Assembly (NCBI RefSeq): GCF_006345805.1
Contig: NC_043008.1
Coordinates: forward strand, 34,782,001-34,846,000
From: Octopus sinensis
Taxonomy: Eukaryota
Direction of reading: 5' to 3'
Length of the DNA stretch: 64,000 nucleotides
Positions 46,995 through 61,160 of this stretch are shown here, piece by piece. Every line of letters starts with the position of its first letter. Position 1 is the first letter of the stretch. The translations under genes and the position numbers were made by a program. The notes beneath the pieces were generated by a model, which was not told the origin of the DNA, searched no databases, and saw only the letters and a program-made list of their open reading frames with translations.

Positions 46995-47146
46995 AACTGA
47001 GAATGTCAGTGCGGAGCAGTTTGTGGCAGAAACAGACTTCAACACATCAGCATAGTTATGGCGAAGAGAGTTATGACGAAGAAGAAGACATGTATTCAAA
47101 GACTTGCACAACTTGTGGAAATGTCATGACATATGAGAAGATGTAA
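46995..47146 (+). CDS. XPA: XPA exon 7 (C-terminus, TFIIH-binding)
   Basis: [36 protein letters not shown] matches the human TYEKM C-terminus; AATAAA near 47602. Confidence 0.97.
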
Positions 47147-50100
47147 CAAGGGCACTTATGTATCAGGGTCCAGAGATATAGTTAGGGCCATTACTGTCAC
47201 TGAAGCATTAATGGATCTAGACTTGTAATAAAGTCAAACTGTGTAACAAAGTCAAGGGGTCAAAGTTGAGATGAAAAGCAAGTGAATGAAATAACTGTGT
47301 CAATGATACAATGAGACAAATAATGTAATAGCATTCACTACTTAAGCAGTCTAGTGACATGATAACGATAATGATATAAAGCATGTACTGGCGTAACCCC
47401 TTGATATGAATAGTTTAATTAAATCTGGTGTGACTGGATTAACGGTGTAATTAGACCAATGATGAGATGACATTTGAAATATATCTTCTTCCATCAATTC
47501 TTGTTTATTTGGTCATAAAAAATTGTTTTTCTTCTTTCTTTGTTTTGCATTTTGTAAGGCTGGGTGAGATTTTTTATAATGTCTTGTAGACGTAATTCTT
47601 AAATAAAGTTATTTTTTTAGAATACTTTACCATTTGTGTAACTTCAAAATGTTACTGTTAATATTTTGATACGACAATATTAGGTTGTAAGCTTGTTGAA
47701 TCATTAATATGCTGGATGAAATGTTTCACAGCATTTCTTTGGCTTTATATTCTGAGTTCAAATGCTGCTGAGATCAGCTTTGCCTTTCATCCTTTTGGGG
47801 TCAATAAAATAAATATCAACTGAACACTGGGGCTGGATGTAATCAACTTGCTCCCTCCCCTAAAATTTCAGGCCTTGTGCCTCTAGTAGAAAAGTAGGAG
47901 GGATTTCAATACATCATTATTTTTCATAATATCTCGTGGTCAAATTAGCTGTTTTTCCAAAGTTTCTTCTCTCATTTTAATCGTAATCATTTCAACTCCG
48001 CAAAATAATGAAACACTTGTTAAATTCATAGTTGTGAAGCTTCCACTGCCTACCAATAACAAACTCTATTTTATCTTGAGACCTTGTTTTAGGGGAAAAA
48101 AACCCAAAAAACCTCTCCATTCAGAAAATTAGTCATATCTTAGCTGCAAATACATTTTGCAACTCTAAATCCTGATCTCTTTCTTTGTCATTTGTATCTA
48201 TATGTTATCTAGATTTTTCTCTTTTGTTTTTCCATCTTTCGTAATGCCAGCTTGGGTCACTCAGAGATTCAGCGTTGCTAGAAGACAAACCTTTTTAACA
48301 GTGCTATTTTGGGAACCTTCAAAATATCCAAAATTCTCTGTAATTAAATAAAATATCAAACTTATAGGAGAGGGTATTGCTGTTGTTGTTGCGCAGCCTT
48401 GCTCCAGCATCTGGTTCCATCTTTGGCGATCTGTCTTTTATTAGATCCAATGACTCTTCCTTTTTTTAAGATAGTAGGATGGGGTTTGAATCAGGAGATT
48501 TGACTGCTATTTCTAGCAGGATGAGTTACTACATAGAGGCTCTCTCTCATTATCTCAGCGTTGCAGTTGTTGGATATGTTATTTCAATTATTTTCTGAAT
48601 CAGATCAAGTATATCAAGGCTATGCTACAAATGATTCTGCTTAATCTGTTGGAAGTCAATGATTTCAAGAAGAGAGAGAGAGAGGGGGGAATAATTCCAG
48701 AGGGTTGGTGTTATAAGGAAGAAGGACAGAATGAAGTAGTTAGTGCAGTGACCTTGGAGTTAGATACAGTATAGGTAATGGGAGGAGGAGAGAATAGTGA
48801 ATTAGGTGTGCTTAATAAATGTCTTCTTTTTTTTTTATAAGTTAGGAGCTGAGCCTATCCATTAGACTACTATTCAGGTAATATAGTTCGTAGATCAAAG
48901 GGACGCAACGTATCAAGTGTGAGAAATTATGTACCACAAGGAACATCAGGCCAAGAAACTCAGCCCTTCACATTGCAGTAAATCGCCAAGTGTTGACAGT
49001 CCTTGTCCTGTATCGTTAACGAAGATGTGCAAGGGAGATAACTCGCTACTCGTAAAGAATCCTAAAACGTTAGAATATCACACTAAACATAACCCATTTT
49101 AAGCGAAAAGGCTGAGAAGGTTGGAGTGTGTCGGTGTGTGACTTTATGCTAGTTGATTGTCCTTTCTCTGGATACTATCTGGAATGTTTGGTTTACTGTT
49201 TTAGATGTGAGTTTTACCTGATCTTTTTGAGAGGCAATAATGTGTGGGAAGGGCAAGATTAGTGACGCAGGATCTATTTAAAAAAAACAACACTCATTAA
49301 TTAGAAAACCTGAAATACATTTAAATATCACAAAGCATCATTGTGGGGCTAACTAAGAATGTCAAGAATGAAACACATTTTTTCTTTACTATTGATGTAC
49401 AGCATAATAGCTTAGGAAGAATGTGTTTACCATTTTTTCTCCAGCATACAAGTTGATGTAGTATATAATATAAATATTCAGACATCTTCACTATCTTTCC
49501 AAATTCTTTCAAATGGAATGTTTGACTCTCCAAAACCATCTTGGTACATTAGTCAACCTACCTTTTTTAATTGTAAATTTTGGTCTGAAAAATTTGACTT
49601 GTCTGCTAGAAAATATGGTATGTATTTTTTTTTTTATCCACTGTGAAGTTTTGTTGTGTATAAATTTATGTCAAATGACTACACAGGATATTTTTTTTTA
49701 TTTGAAAAAATTCAGATCTTTGGTTTTTCTCAATGTTGTTTACACTTTTCATATCTTTCACAAGCAACATCTCAGTAACACTATTTTCTTCCAGCATACA
49801 AGTTGAATTTTTCAGATGGAAATTTATAGCAAAAAATAAGTTGGTTGATTTACTCACCAACATGACTTTGGAGGATCTAAAATTCCACATGAAATGCAAC
49901 AGGATTTGGAAATCTAGTGATAATGTTTGAATGTTTATACTATGTCATCCTGTATGCTGGAAAACACAGTTAAATCACTTTTCTAGACATACTTGGATTA
50001 ATTTGTAGCATATTGTTGTCATGTTTTTTAACAATACATTATATACAATAAAGTATTTATATAAAATTTCCTAACACTTTGTTGTTAAATTTTCTAGATG

Positions 50101-50359
50101 TTCATTAGTTATATAGCATGGCTGTGTGGTAAGAAGTTTGCTTTCCAACCACATGGTTCTAGGTTCATTCCCTCTGTGTGGCATTTAGGTAAGTGTCTTC
50201 TACAATAGCCTTGGGCAACCCAAACCTCTTGTAAGTGAAAACCGGATGACACCCATTGTGTGTGGGTGTGAGTATATATATATATATATTATATATATAT
50301 ATATACATACACATACTAGTGTGTGTGTGTATATATATATATAAGCAATAGGTAATTTC

Positions 50360-52110
50360 CGAAAAGTTAAAATTTTGCTGTTTCCACCCCCTAATCCTGT
50401 TCTAATCAACAAGAAAACCAGTGCGTGCAAAATTTAGGTCAACTGAACAACTGCTAGGCGACCCTCAAATGCCTTGAAGCTGGAACTTAGTATATGCAAT
50501 GGTTAATTCTGTTCAAAAACAGTATACTGTTCTCTATCTTGACCAGTTTCCTTTTTCTTCTTAGAGAAATTTATGTGGATACATCCAGGCAATCCCAGCA
50601 AATGTTTAAAAATGTTCTGAATCAAATTTACCAATAGTTAATTTTGAAAAATTCCTGAAATAACATGAAAACTTAAGAAATATTAGGTTTTCTTAATAAA
50701 GCACACAACTTCTGTAAGAAAAACAATTTTTATTTACAACAATAATTTCTCTAGAATCAAAAACAATGTGAACACTGAATATTGAACATTATTTTTCCAT
50801 AAGAGAGATTTTAGTGGTAGTTGGGTATGGGTTACGGTTTTCGGTAACGATCTGTAAAACAAATTGTTTCTTAGTTTCATCTTTTGTGAGAATGTTATTG
50901 TAATTCTGAATGAATTTGACACCTCCAAGACCACTTCTGTAACTGGATCATCCTTCCATGTCAAAGGGTCTTTGTCAAGGAAATCAATGCTGATAGAAAA
51001 TCTTGTGAAGAAAGTTTTTGTACCAGGAGTTACAAAAGACGAAAACTCAATGTTTGTAAAGAAAGAGAAGTCATTGTACCTCTTCAGTTGATTTTCTTCT
51101 TCTTCCTCTTCTTCACCTTTGTCTGCTTCCAGCATAACTTGAGCAATATTTGCTTTAACCTCTGTTGGAATATTCTCATCAAATATGGATAGAGCCACAG
51201 TTTTGGTAGCTAAGTACCAGAGATGGAAAATTTTTTTCACACCAGCCTTACTGATTTCTGGATCAATATCCTGATAACTTATCAGTTGATGCATGAATAG
51301 GAAATCATGATAAGGTATTTTAATTGCTTCTAATGACAGAAACCAGGTTCAAACGTATACTCAAGCAAGAAAAATACATATCCTTTTTAAAGAGTTCTTC
51401 TCCCCAGGAGATAATTCAAATTGTTCATGAATGTATAAATTGTTTTTGACATCCACCTGGCATGACTTACAGCTCCTGGTGCACGAAATGATATTCCATT
51501 CTTCGGAATGCCATTAAGAAAAATCGTTAACTTCAACAATTCTCAGTAATCATCTCGTCGTTTCTGTGTTGAAAGGTGATATTGAAGAAACCCAAGAATG
51601 GTAGAATGGACATCATCAGGCACTTCATTGCTACTAGTTATGTAAACCTTCTTATTGAATTTCTTCCAGGTTTCTCTAAATCTTTTGAAAAACGTCATGT
51701 CTGAACCAGGAGTTGCACCCAACAGCTCCTAAAAACTAACTCAAAAAATGTGATGATAGCAAGGGAAGTATAACAGGTCAGGATTGAACAATTTTTCTAG
51801 AAATTGTACAGGCACCATTTACTGGAGTTGTGTTGCTTGCTGTTGTATCACAGCAAAGTGCCTGAATTTTGTTGATTATACTCTACTTCTCCACTGCTTG
51901 GTAAACAGCCATGGCTTGCTGTTCTGAAGATGGTGGAATTTCAGGGACTCCCAACAATTGCTCTTTGCCTTGAAAAGTTACTATTATTGCCAGTCTGTGA
52001 GTGCTGGGAGCAGCTTTCCATCCCAGTGCAACACTAATTCTTGACAGTCGTTTAGGTTAAATTTGTGCTGTATTTCTGTGTGTCTTGTGATCTGAATATT
52101 CCAGGCAGCC
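50360..52110 (-). pseudogene. hATm-type DNA transposase pseudogene
   Basis: Minus strand, with frameshifts: LHWDGKLL, EQLLGVPEI, CCDTTASNT..NGAC, PCYHHIFE, FFKRFRETW, PGAVSHARWMSK, HLWYL, FLDKDPLTW. hAT D, D, CxxH layout; the hATm subfamily label is from memory. Confidence 0.8.
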
Positions 52111-52129
52111 ACAGTGAATGATTATCACC

Positions 52130-52745
52130 CAATCACATCCCACATGTAATGATCTTTGGATTAGGAGGCCAGAAATTGGGGCTGGCAAAATTGTTGAAAT
52201 TCTTTAACAATCACTTCTGGCTCATTCTAGAGGTATGGTAAGGAATTGAATCCTGCTGCCACACATATGGCTTTCCAGCTGCAACCTCCTCCAACCAGGG
52301 ATTGACTACAATCTTCAATAGCTTCCACATAGCTATCTAAATTGAGCTTAAGGTCCTGTACAGAGGTGTGGAGTGGTATGACGTCACCCTCATTGGAGAC
52401 ACACCCAAAGAACATCACAGTTTGGGGAAAGTTGGTTCTCATGATGTTCGTGTCACATCTTGCAGCCTTTACCGTGTTCGCAGAGCATTGAGCAGCAGTC
52501 ATGATGTTGGCATTTTGACACCCAGCGTGAATCATTATGATACGGGTAACTCTTTTCTCATATTCAGATAGCTTCCAGTCCTCCATGTCAGTTGACTTTT
52601 TCTCAATAGCAGCTTTAACATTTATGCTCTCCAACACCGTTGGTTGTTCACCAATACACCAAGCTGTTCCTGAAAAAGAAGACATAAAAATCATCAAACT
52701 CCCTGCAGATGGTCGCATAATATTCATAGTCTCAGATGGTCATAC
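52130..52745 (-). pseudogene. Tc1/maT-like transposase fragment
   Basis: MRTNFPQTVMFFGCVSNEGDV, then, frameshifted, PYVWQQDSIPYHTS and FASPNFWPPNP. Confidence 0.75.
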
Positions 52746-52858
52746 TTAGAAATCTGGCTAAAAAGTCTAATAATGGTTGCTGCTGATAGGATCCTACGGA
52801 GGAGGTTCTGGAGCACTCTACTCTCACACACAGTGGGTAGAAAATATAGATAGATAGA

Positions 52859-53096
52859 AAGGCGGTGAACTGGCAGAAGCGTTGGCACACCGGGTGAAAT
52901 GCTTTGTGGTATTTCATCCATCACTGCGTTCTGAGTTCAAATTCCACTGAGGTCGACTTTGCCTTTCATCCTTTCGGGGTCGATAAATTAAGTACCAGTT
53001 ATGCGCTGGAGTCGAGGTAATCGATTTAATCCATGTGTCTGTCCTTGTTTGTCCCCTCTATGTTTAGCCCCTTGTGGGCAATAAAGAAATAAGAAA
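52859..53096 (+). mobile_element. SINE family 2
   Basis: Near-consensus full copy. Confidence 0.85.
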
Positions 53097-53819
53097 ATAT
53101 AGATAGATGAATGTGTGTGTGTGTTTGTCCCCACACACTGCACTTGACAACCAATGTTTGTGTGTTCATGTCTTTCGCCACTAAGCAGTTCAGCAAAAGA
53201 GAGTAAGTACCAGACTTTAAAAAATTGTAACTTAGCTTAACTAATAAATTTTCAGTATATTTAGAATGGTGTTGTTAATTCCACAGACAATGATCAAAGT
53301 GCTTCCAAATGTCTTGTCTTATTTTAAAATATCACAGACCATCTTAACTAATGTGTCTATTTTTTATAAAAGATGGTAATGTGTAATTTGTGGGAGATTT
53401 GGCTGTTATTTCTAGCAGAATCATGACAATATACAGGCACTTTCACTGGCTCACTGGAATTATTATTATTATTGAGGTTATTGTTATTGTAGTTGTTAAG
53501 GCATTGTAAACAGAGAATTAGCTGAATGTAATAGAAAGTAGGACTAAATAACTTATAGTTTATCAATAAAATCAATATCTGGCATATAACTAGTATTGAT
53601 TTAATCGATTATATCTTTTTCCCTACAAGTTTGTGACCTTGTTTTAAAGGAAGAAATCATTATTAAAGCAGTAGAATGAATTAAGCAATAGAAACATCAC
53701 ACGACTAATGCTATTGCAAAACGTATGAAGGCCACAACATCCCTGCTGCTATGTATAATGTTATTCTGTGTGTTTATAATGTGTGTTTTCCTGTAACATG
53801 TTTAATAAGTATATCTCTG

Positions 53820-54290
53820 GAATGAAAGTGAAGATATAAGTGAAATTTTAACGTAATGAAACAAGATGGAAACGTTAGTTAAATTCTCAAAATCTTAACT
53901 ATGGAACAAAATTTAAGACATAATAAAAATTTTAACGTACAACAAGTTCAAGTGATATGTTTTGAAACACCTTAACTATTGAACGAAATTAAAAATGTAA
54001 TCCAAATTTTAATGTAAAGAAACAAGTTGAAGTGTTACGCTCTTAAAAGCTTTCATAATGTAGTGAAATTTAAGACATGATACAAATCTTAACGTAATAA
54101 CAAGTCTAAGTGTTATGATCTTAAAATCTTCAATTTTGCAACAAAATTTAAGACATAATTGAAATTCTACCGTAATGAAACAAGATCATAATCAATATGT
54201 TTAATACAATGAAATAAGGTCATGTGTTACACTCTCACAAACCTTAACTATGGAGCAAAATTTAAGATGTAATCAAAATCTTAACATGAT
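53820..54290. repeat. Degenerate tandem repeat, unit about 78 bp, about 6 copies
   Basis: AAATTTAAGACAT-like block recurs near 53910, 53988, 54067, 54145 and 54259. Confidence 0.7.
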
Positions 54291-54599
54291 GAAACAATGT
54301 TATGAAGATGCATAAATTTATGCATCAAAATAGGAAATAGGAATATTTATAAAAATAAGAATTTCCAGAACTTCCAGAAGCTATAATCATATATTTAAAT
54401 CCATGCATTTATTTAGGACCAACAGCAATACAACTCAGGAATTTCTAGAATTAAATTCCCTCACAAGGTAATTGTCAACTTGGAACTTTAGTAGAAGATA
54501 CCTGCTCAAGGTGCCCCACAGCAGATTGAAATTGAAACTATATGTTTGCAAAGCAACTTCTTAACCACACAGCTATTAGCTGTGAATTCTATCCATCCC

Positions 54600-55240
54600 T
54601 TTTCTCCATCTATTGGAAGGGTCGTGGGGACATGGTCATCAGGTACCTTCTCCATAAGGTCTGATCAGAAGATTACCAATGTAGATAGATTTATAATCAT
54701 GACCAACTGAAACTATGGATTTTATTGAACCGTCTCATTCTTGGTCTACCCCTGTGTCACCGGCCAGTTGGCTCAGCTTCACGATTCCATCTTGGAATTC
54801 TTCCTTGTAACATTCTTGTCACATATTCATAGTAGCAGAGCTTTGAACTCTCAATGTAGAGAAGCAGCAGCTACACTGGAAAAGATTCCTTGATCTCTAA
54901 CCTACACATCCTGTCAAGTATTGTTACTCTAAAGATCCTTCAGAAGAATCCCATTTCTGCCGCTTGTATTCGTAATTGTACTTTTTTGGTCATTACTCAA
55001 CATTTGTGACTGTTGGTTAGGATAGGCAAGGAAACCAAATTAAAGATAAGAAGTTTGGCTTCTTTTACCAATCTCTCTGCTTCAGAGGAATGAATGCTGG
55101 AACTGGGGGATTACTGTGCCAGCACCTGTAATTCTAGCATCCAGTTCTGCCTTCAGCTTCCCATCAGTCTTGAATACAACCCTGAGATACTAAAGTGTCC
55201 ATATTAACCATAGCAACATTTATCATGGTTCAGCTTAGTG
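54600..55240 (-). mobile_element. Old RTE-like LINE 3' ORF remnant
   Basis: Minus strand LCYYEYVTRML.QGRIPRW..GR.HRGRPRMR resembles the RTE C-terminal LRWYGHV.RM..R.RGRPR. Confidence 0.55.
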
Positions 55241-55497
55241 GTTTTGTTGGTTCTAACATGTGAAGACCAGAGTAAAAAAAAATATCAAGCTTAAAAAGGA
55301 TTGGCAAGAGGTAAAGAATCGTGTTGTGTAAAAGGGCTTTGATAAGTGATGGGAAAAGCTGATGCAAAGACAGTGATGCAAAGACAGATGATGATGATAA
55401 AGAATGTTATTAAATAAGCATTGTGTAATAGTTATGGAAAAGGAGATTTGGGACAAACGGTGAGGTTCTTGCTTTTTCCAAAGATGTTATTAGCAAC

Positions 55498-55815
55498 ATT
55501 CTGTTGTGTCTGGGGAAAGTCATTTTCCTTTTGCGCCTTATTATTTAACACACTCACTGGTAAAATTTCCACTTATTTCTTATTTTTATTTTCCTAAAAT
55601 TTTCATTGCACCTTGCAACCTTTCCTATTGAATAGATTGCAAGACACAACGAAAATTTTAGGAAAATAAACATAAGAAATAAGTGGAAATTTTACCGGTG
55701 AGTGTGTTAAATTATAAAGCAAAAAAGAAAATGACTCTCTCCAGACACAACAGAATATGCTTCAACACACGAACTCATATAAAGAATCTTGCAAATCAAA
55801 TCCAAAAACAAAATT
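55498..55815. mobile_element. Foldback element, copy 2
   Basis: Same arms and tail as 31071-31410, with a shorter loop. Confidence 0.85.
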
Positions 55816-55829
55816 ATTAGCAACAAACA

Positions 55830-56490
55830 TATGTTACTGCCAAAAAGGCTGAGCGTGTCTTGGAATCACTTACCAAGTCCTTTGTGAGTCGCTCTCTGGC
55901 TATCTATCTGGAATTTGCATCACCGGTCTGGAACCCCTAACTTGCCCAGGATATTAATCGTCTGGAAACCGTTCAGTGACGTGCAACCAAGTGAATACTC
56001 TCCATCAGGCATTTGCCATATTCTGAATGCCTTACTTCCCTGGGCATGGATACATTGAAACTCCGACGTCTGGCAGCTGACTTGGCAGACACCCATAAAA
56101 TTATTAACCATCTTACAAACAATAACTCTGAGCACCTTTTCAAACTCCACCTGTCAAACACCCGTGGACATGTTTACAAAGTCAGAAAACAGCACAGCTC
56201 CCATGACTTTCGGAAACATTTTTTCATGCTAAGAGTTGCTGAAGCATGGAACAGACTGCCGGCATCAGTTGTTAGTTGTCGGAGCACTGATCCTTCAAAA
56301 CTTCCATGCTTCCTGAGATTCGCCAACACTACACCTGATTTTCTCCTCTCCATACACACGCAAGCATGTATCTGACTCATACACTGTTCGCTCTCCAGAC
56401 ATTTGTACATTACTGCATATGCTTTATACGCACTTTTGACAAGTTGTGGTGCACCTGAGCACTGTATACAATAATTTCATTATTATTTAA
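55830..56490 (+). mobile_element. CR1-type LINE 3' end
   Basis: LEFASPVWNP, DINRLETVQ.RAT, LPYSECLTSLGMDTLKLRR, NTRGHVYKV, FFMLRVAEAWNRLPASVV. Confidence 0.85.
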
Positions 56491-56849
56491 TAAGAATTTA
56501 AGAATGAAGGATGTGCTAATGATTCAATTTGATCAAATGAAGAAGAATTGTTTGGAGAGTTTTTATGTTTCAGAAGTGATTGTCACTGGCACCATCATGA
56601 TGATGATCATCATCACCATGATTACCATCATTATTTTCATTCTCATTGTCGGCATCATCATAGTAGTCATCATCATTGTTGTTGATATCATCGATGTCAT
56701 CATCGAGACGATGACGGTTTACGTGTGCTTATTTTGTTGTGATCGTTCCCCCCCACCACTCCCTAATCTTGATTTTCTTTTGTTTTCTGTTTTTATTTAA
56801 TTTAATTCCAATTTGTTTATCTTCAGAAAAATAAATTATTTGAAATGAA

Positions 56850-56850
56850 G

Positions 56851-56901
<51 letters not shown>

Positions 56902-57250
56902 TCGTTTATTACTGTTCTTATTTTATTATTTTAACTCATGTCCATTGTCCACAGATCTTTCACCACACATCTGTAACCTCTTCAGTAACACTTTTCATTT
57001 TCGTATGTATGCTTGCTTTACTTACTCCATATGTGTGTGTGTGTGTGTGAGTGTGTGTGTGTTTGTGTGTGTATATATATGTATATATATATGTTATATA
57101 TATATATATATATAAATGTACATATTTATATGTATGTATATATATGTATATATATATATATGTATCTATATGTGTATCATCATGTACATATATATATATA
57201 TATGATTGTCGTTTAATGTTTGCTTTATATATATATATATATATATGATT
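56850..57250. repeat. Compound (TA)n/(TG)n microsatellite tract
   Basis: Directly visible dinucleotide runs. Confidence 0.9.
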
Positions 57251-57271
57251 GTCGTTCAATGTTTGCTTTAT

Positions 57272-59075
57272 ATCATCATCATCATCATCATCATTTAGCG
57301 TCCGTTTTCCATGCTAGCATGGGTTGGACGGTTCTACTGGGGTCTGTGAAGCCAGAAGGCTTCATCAGGCCAGTCAAATCTGGCAGTGTTTCTACGGCTG
57401 GATGCCCTTCCTAACGCCAACCACTCCGTGAGTGTAGTGGGTGCTTTTTACGTGCCACCCGCACTGGTGCCAGACAGAGCTGGCAAACGGCCACGAACGG
57501 ATGGTGCTTTTTATGTGCCACCGGCACGAGGGCCAGGCGAGGCTGGCAACGGACACGAAACAGGGCGGTGCTGGCAACGGTCGCGAAACGGAAAGTTCTC
57601 TTACATGCCACCGGCACTGGTAACACATCTGCAATTTCCATTGATCGATTTCGATTCTGATCCTCACTTGCCTCAATGGGTCTTCACAAGCAGAGTTTCG
57701 ACATGCCACCGGCACTGGTAGCACATCCGCAATTTCCATTGATCGATTTCGATTCTGATCCTCACTTGCCTCAACACGTCTTCACAAGTAGAGTTTTGTG
57801 TCCCAAAAGGGAAGGTATGCATACGTAGCTGGCTCCATCCCATGTAGAAGGCCACGGGTTGTGGACTCACTTGTCCTGCCGGGTCTTCTCGCGCACAGCA
57901 CACTTCCAGAGGTCTCGGTCTCTAGTCATTTCCTCAGTGAGACCTAAAGTTCGAAGGTCGTGCTTCACCACCTCGTCCCAGGTTTTCCTGGGTCTGCCTC
58001 TTCCACAGGTTCCCTCAACGCTAGGTGTGGCACTTTTTCACACAACTATCTTCATCCATTCTCGCCACATGACCATACCAGCGCAACGTCTCTCTTGCAC
58101 ACCACAACTGATGCTTCTTAGGTCCAGCTTTTCTCTCAAGGTACTTACACTCTGCCGAGTGTGAGTACCGGCATTACACATCCATCGGAGCATACTGGCT
58201 TCATTTCTAGCGAGCTTACGCATATCCTCAGCAGTCAGGCCCATGTTTCATCACTGCCATGTGCATGGCTGTTCGTACACACGCATCATACAGTCTGCCT
58301 TTCACTCTGTGCGAGAGGCCTTTTGTCACCAGCAGAGGTAAGAGCTCTCTGAACTTTGCCCAAGCTATTCTTACTCTAGCAGTTACACTTTCAGCACACC
58401 CGCCCCCGCTGCTGACTTGGTCACCTAGGTAACGGAAACTATCAACTATTTCTAGTTTTTCTCCCTGGAAAGTGACGGAAGTTGGTCTCAGAGCATTTTC
58501 AGTGTTTATTGTTCCTGAGCATCTGCCACATACAAAAACCATCTTCCTAGTTAGCCTTCCTTTGACATTGCTGCATCTCTTATGTGTCCATAGCTTACAC
58601 TTGGTGCATCTTATAGAGTTTCTACCTACACCTTTTCTACAGATCGAGCAGGGCCATCTACCTGAAGGTGTTTGTGATTTGTCTACCTTCCTACTGATTA
58701 CGACTTGGTTTTAGCTAGATTGACTCTGAGGCCCTTCGATTCTAATCCTTGTTTCCACACCTGAAACTTCTCCTCCAGTTCTGATAGCGACTCAGCATTA
58801 GAGCAAGGTATCAGCATAGAGGAGCTCCCAAGGGCATCCTGTCTTGAATTCCTCCGTTATTGCCTGGAGGACTAAGATAAATAGGAGGGGGCTGAGTACT
58901 GAGCCTTGGTGGACCCCTACCTCTACCGGAATTCTTCACTGTACTCATTTCCAACAACCCTCACCCTACTAGCGGCGTCCCTATACATGGCCCGCACAGC
59001 TCTCACTAACCATTCATCTATCCCTAGTTTTTTCTCATTGCCCACCAGATAAGGGATCGGGGGACCCTGTCGTAT
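57272..59075 (-). mobile_element. RTE-clade LINE, 5'-truncated within RT, with full 3' UTR
   Basis: [73 protein letters not shown]; (ATG)n 3' tail; a 70-bp duplication in the UTR. Confidence 0.92.
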
Positions 59076-59170
59076 ATATATATATATACATATATATATA
59101 CATATATATATATATATATGTGTATGTACATGTATATATGTGCTTGTGAATATATATGTATGTGTGTATG

Positions 59171-59201
<31 letters not shown>

Positions 59202-59832
59202 ACACACACACACACACATATACGTATATATATATATATATGTATATATATACTCACTCATACACAATCACATGCACATACATTAAAACTGTTCAATGCA
59301 TTTAACACGAACAATTTTCCTTTCTTTGCTCTGCCATTCATCTAATTAGGAAAACAGCAACGAACCACCTTAAAATGACTTCCATATAAGTTTTTACTGT
59401 TTGACAGTAATTTTCCTGTATTAAAAGCTTCCTACATAGATAGATGTTTATTATGTCTGTGTATGTTTTAAACATGCAAAACCAACTGCAGCTCAGCTTG
59501 ACAAGTTCTAAATTAAGATATAAGCTATTTACTTGTCATGTACCCTCAGAAGAGGAGCAGCTATTTCGGCAATGAATTTAACAAGTCACAATTTTTGTAG
59601 AAAAATCACAAGTTCTTTTGCTTCATATGTGTTTGTATGAAGGACACAGACACAAATGCAGGCAGAAGCATACATTTGACATATATGCTCTGACAAATAG
59701 ACAACACATGCAAACACACGCATGCATGCACCCCCACCCACATTCTTATATACACCCGTATGTATAGACACACACTGACACATGTACATATACGTATGTA
59801 TGTATATGTGTGTGTGTATATATATATATCTG

Positions 59833-60063
59833 TTTCTTTATTACCCACAAGGGGCTAAACATAGAGGGGACAAACAAGGACAGACAAACGGATTAAGTCG
59901 ATTACATCGACCCCAGTGCGTAACTGGTACTTAATTTGTCGACCCCGAAAGGATGAAAGGCAAAGTCGACCTCGGCGGAATTTGAACTCAGAACGTAATG
60001 GCAGACGAAATACGGCTACGCATTTCGCCTGGCGTGCTAACGTTTCTGCCAGCTCGCTGCCTT
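59833..60063 (-). mobile_element. SINE family 2
   Basis: Near-consensus reverse-complement copy. Confidence 0.85.
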
Positions 60064-60079
60064 CAATGTGTATATATAT

Positions 60080-60480
60080 ATCATCATCATCATCGTTTAA
60101 TGTCTGCTTTCCAAGCTAGCACGGGTTGGATGATTTGACTGAGGACTGGTGAACCAGATGGCTGCACCAGGCTCCAATCTTGATCTGGCAGAGTTTCTAC
60201 AGCTGGATGCCCTTCCTAACGCCAACCACTACGAGAGTGTAGTGGGTGCTTTTATGTGCCACCGGCATGAGGGCCAATCAGGTGGTACTGGCAATGGCCA
60301 TGCTGTGCTGAAATGGTATTTTTTACATGCCACCTGCACAGGAGCCAGTCCAGCAACACTAGCAACGGACTCTCTCGAATGTTTTTTCACCTGCCACCAG
60401 CATGGAAGCCAGTTAGCTGCTTTAGCAACGATCATAATTAGATGGTGCTCTTAGCGCTCCACTAGCACGGATGCCAGTCA
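60080..60480 (-). mobile_element. RTE-type 3' UTR fragment
   Basis: (CAT)n tail and GGATGCCCTTCCTAACGCCAACCAC block as at 57400. Confidence 0.7.
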
Positions 60481-60487
60481 TCGAATT

Positions 60488-60489
<2 letters not shown>

Positions 60490-60524
<35 letters not shown>

Positions 60525-60859
60525 CATATTTATATAATATATATATACACACACCACCCACGAGTGAGTGGACAAATAAAAGAAGGGCACTCAACCAATT
60601 TATTGGGAGTCACATGTATGGATCAAAACAGTTTGATTGAAATTCGTTGGTGCTCTTGTGTTTCAAGCGTGATGTTAGTCATCAGCCATTTTGAATTCAA
60701 ATTAGCTAATGACTAGCATCATCCTTGAAACCCAAGAGTATCAACAAATTTTAATCAAACTGTTTTGATCCATATATATACATATATGTTTGTATGCGTA
60801 TATGTATAACATATATATGCATGTATATCTGTATATACATATATGTATGTATATATATA

Positions 60860-60935
<76 letters not shown>

Positions 60936-61094
60936 TATGTATGCATGTATGTATGTATGTATATGTGTGTGTGTATATAAATATATATATATATACACCT
61001 ATATATATATACATATACACATGCATATAATATATATATATTATATATATATATATAATAAATGCATATACATATACATATATATATTATCATA

Positions 61095-61154
<60 letters not shown>

Positions 61155-61160
61155 GTATGT
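60490..61160. repeat. Very long compound (TA)n tract enclosing a small element with a 28-bp inverted repeat
   Basis: TA runs; TATGGATCAAAACAGTTTGATT near 60618 is inverted near 60755-60776. Confidence 0.85.
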
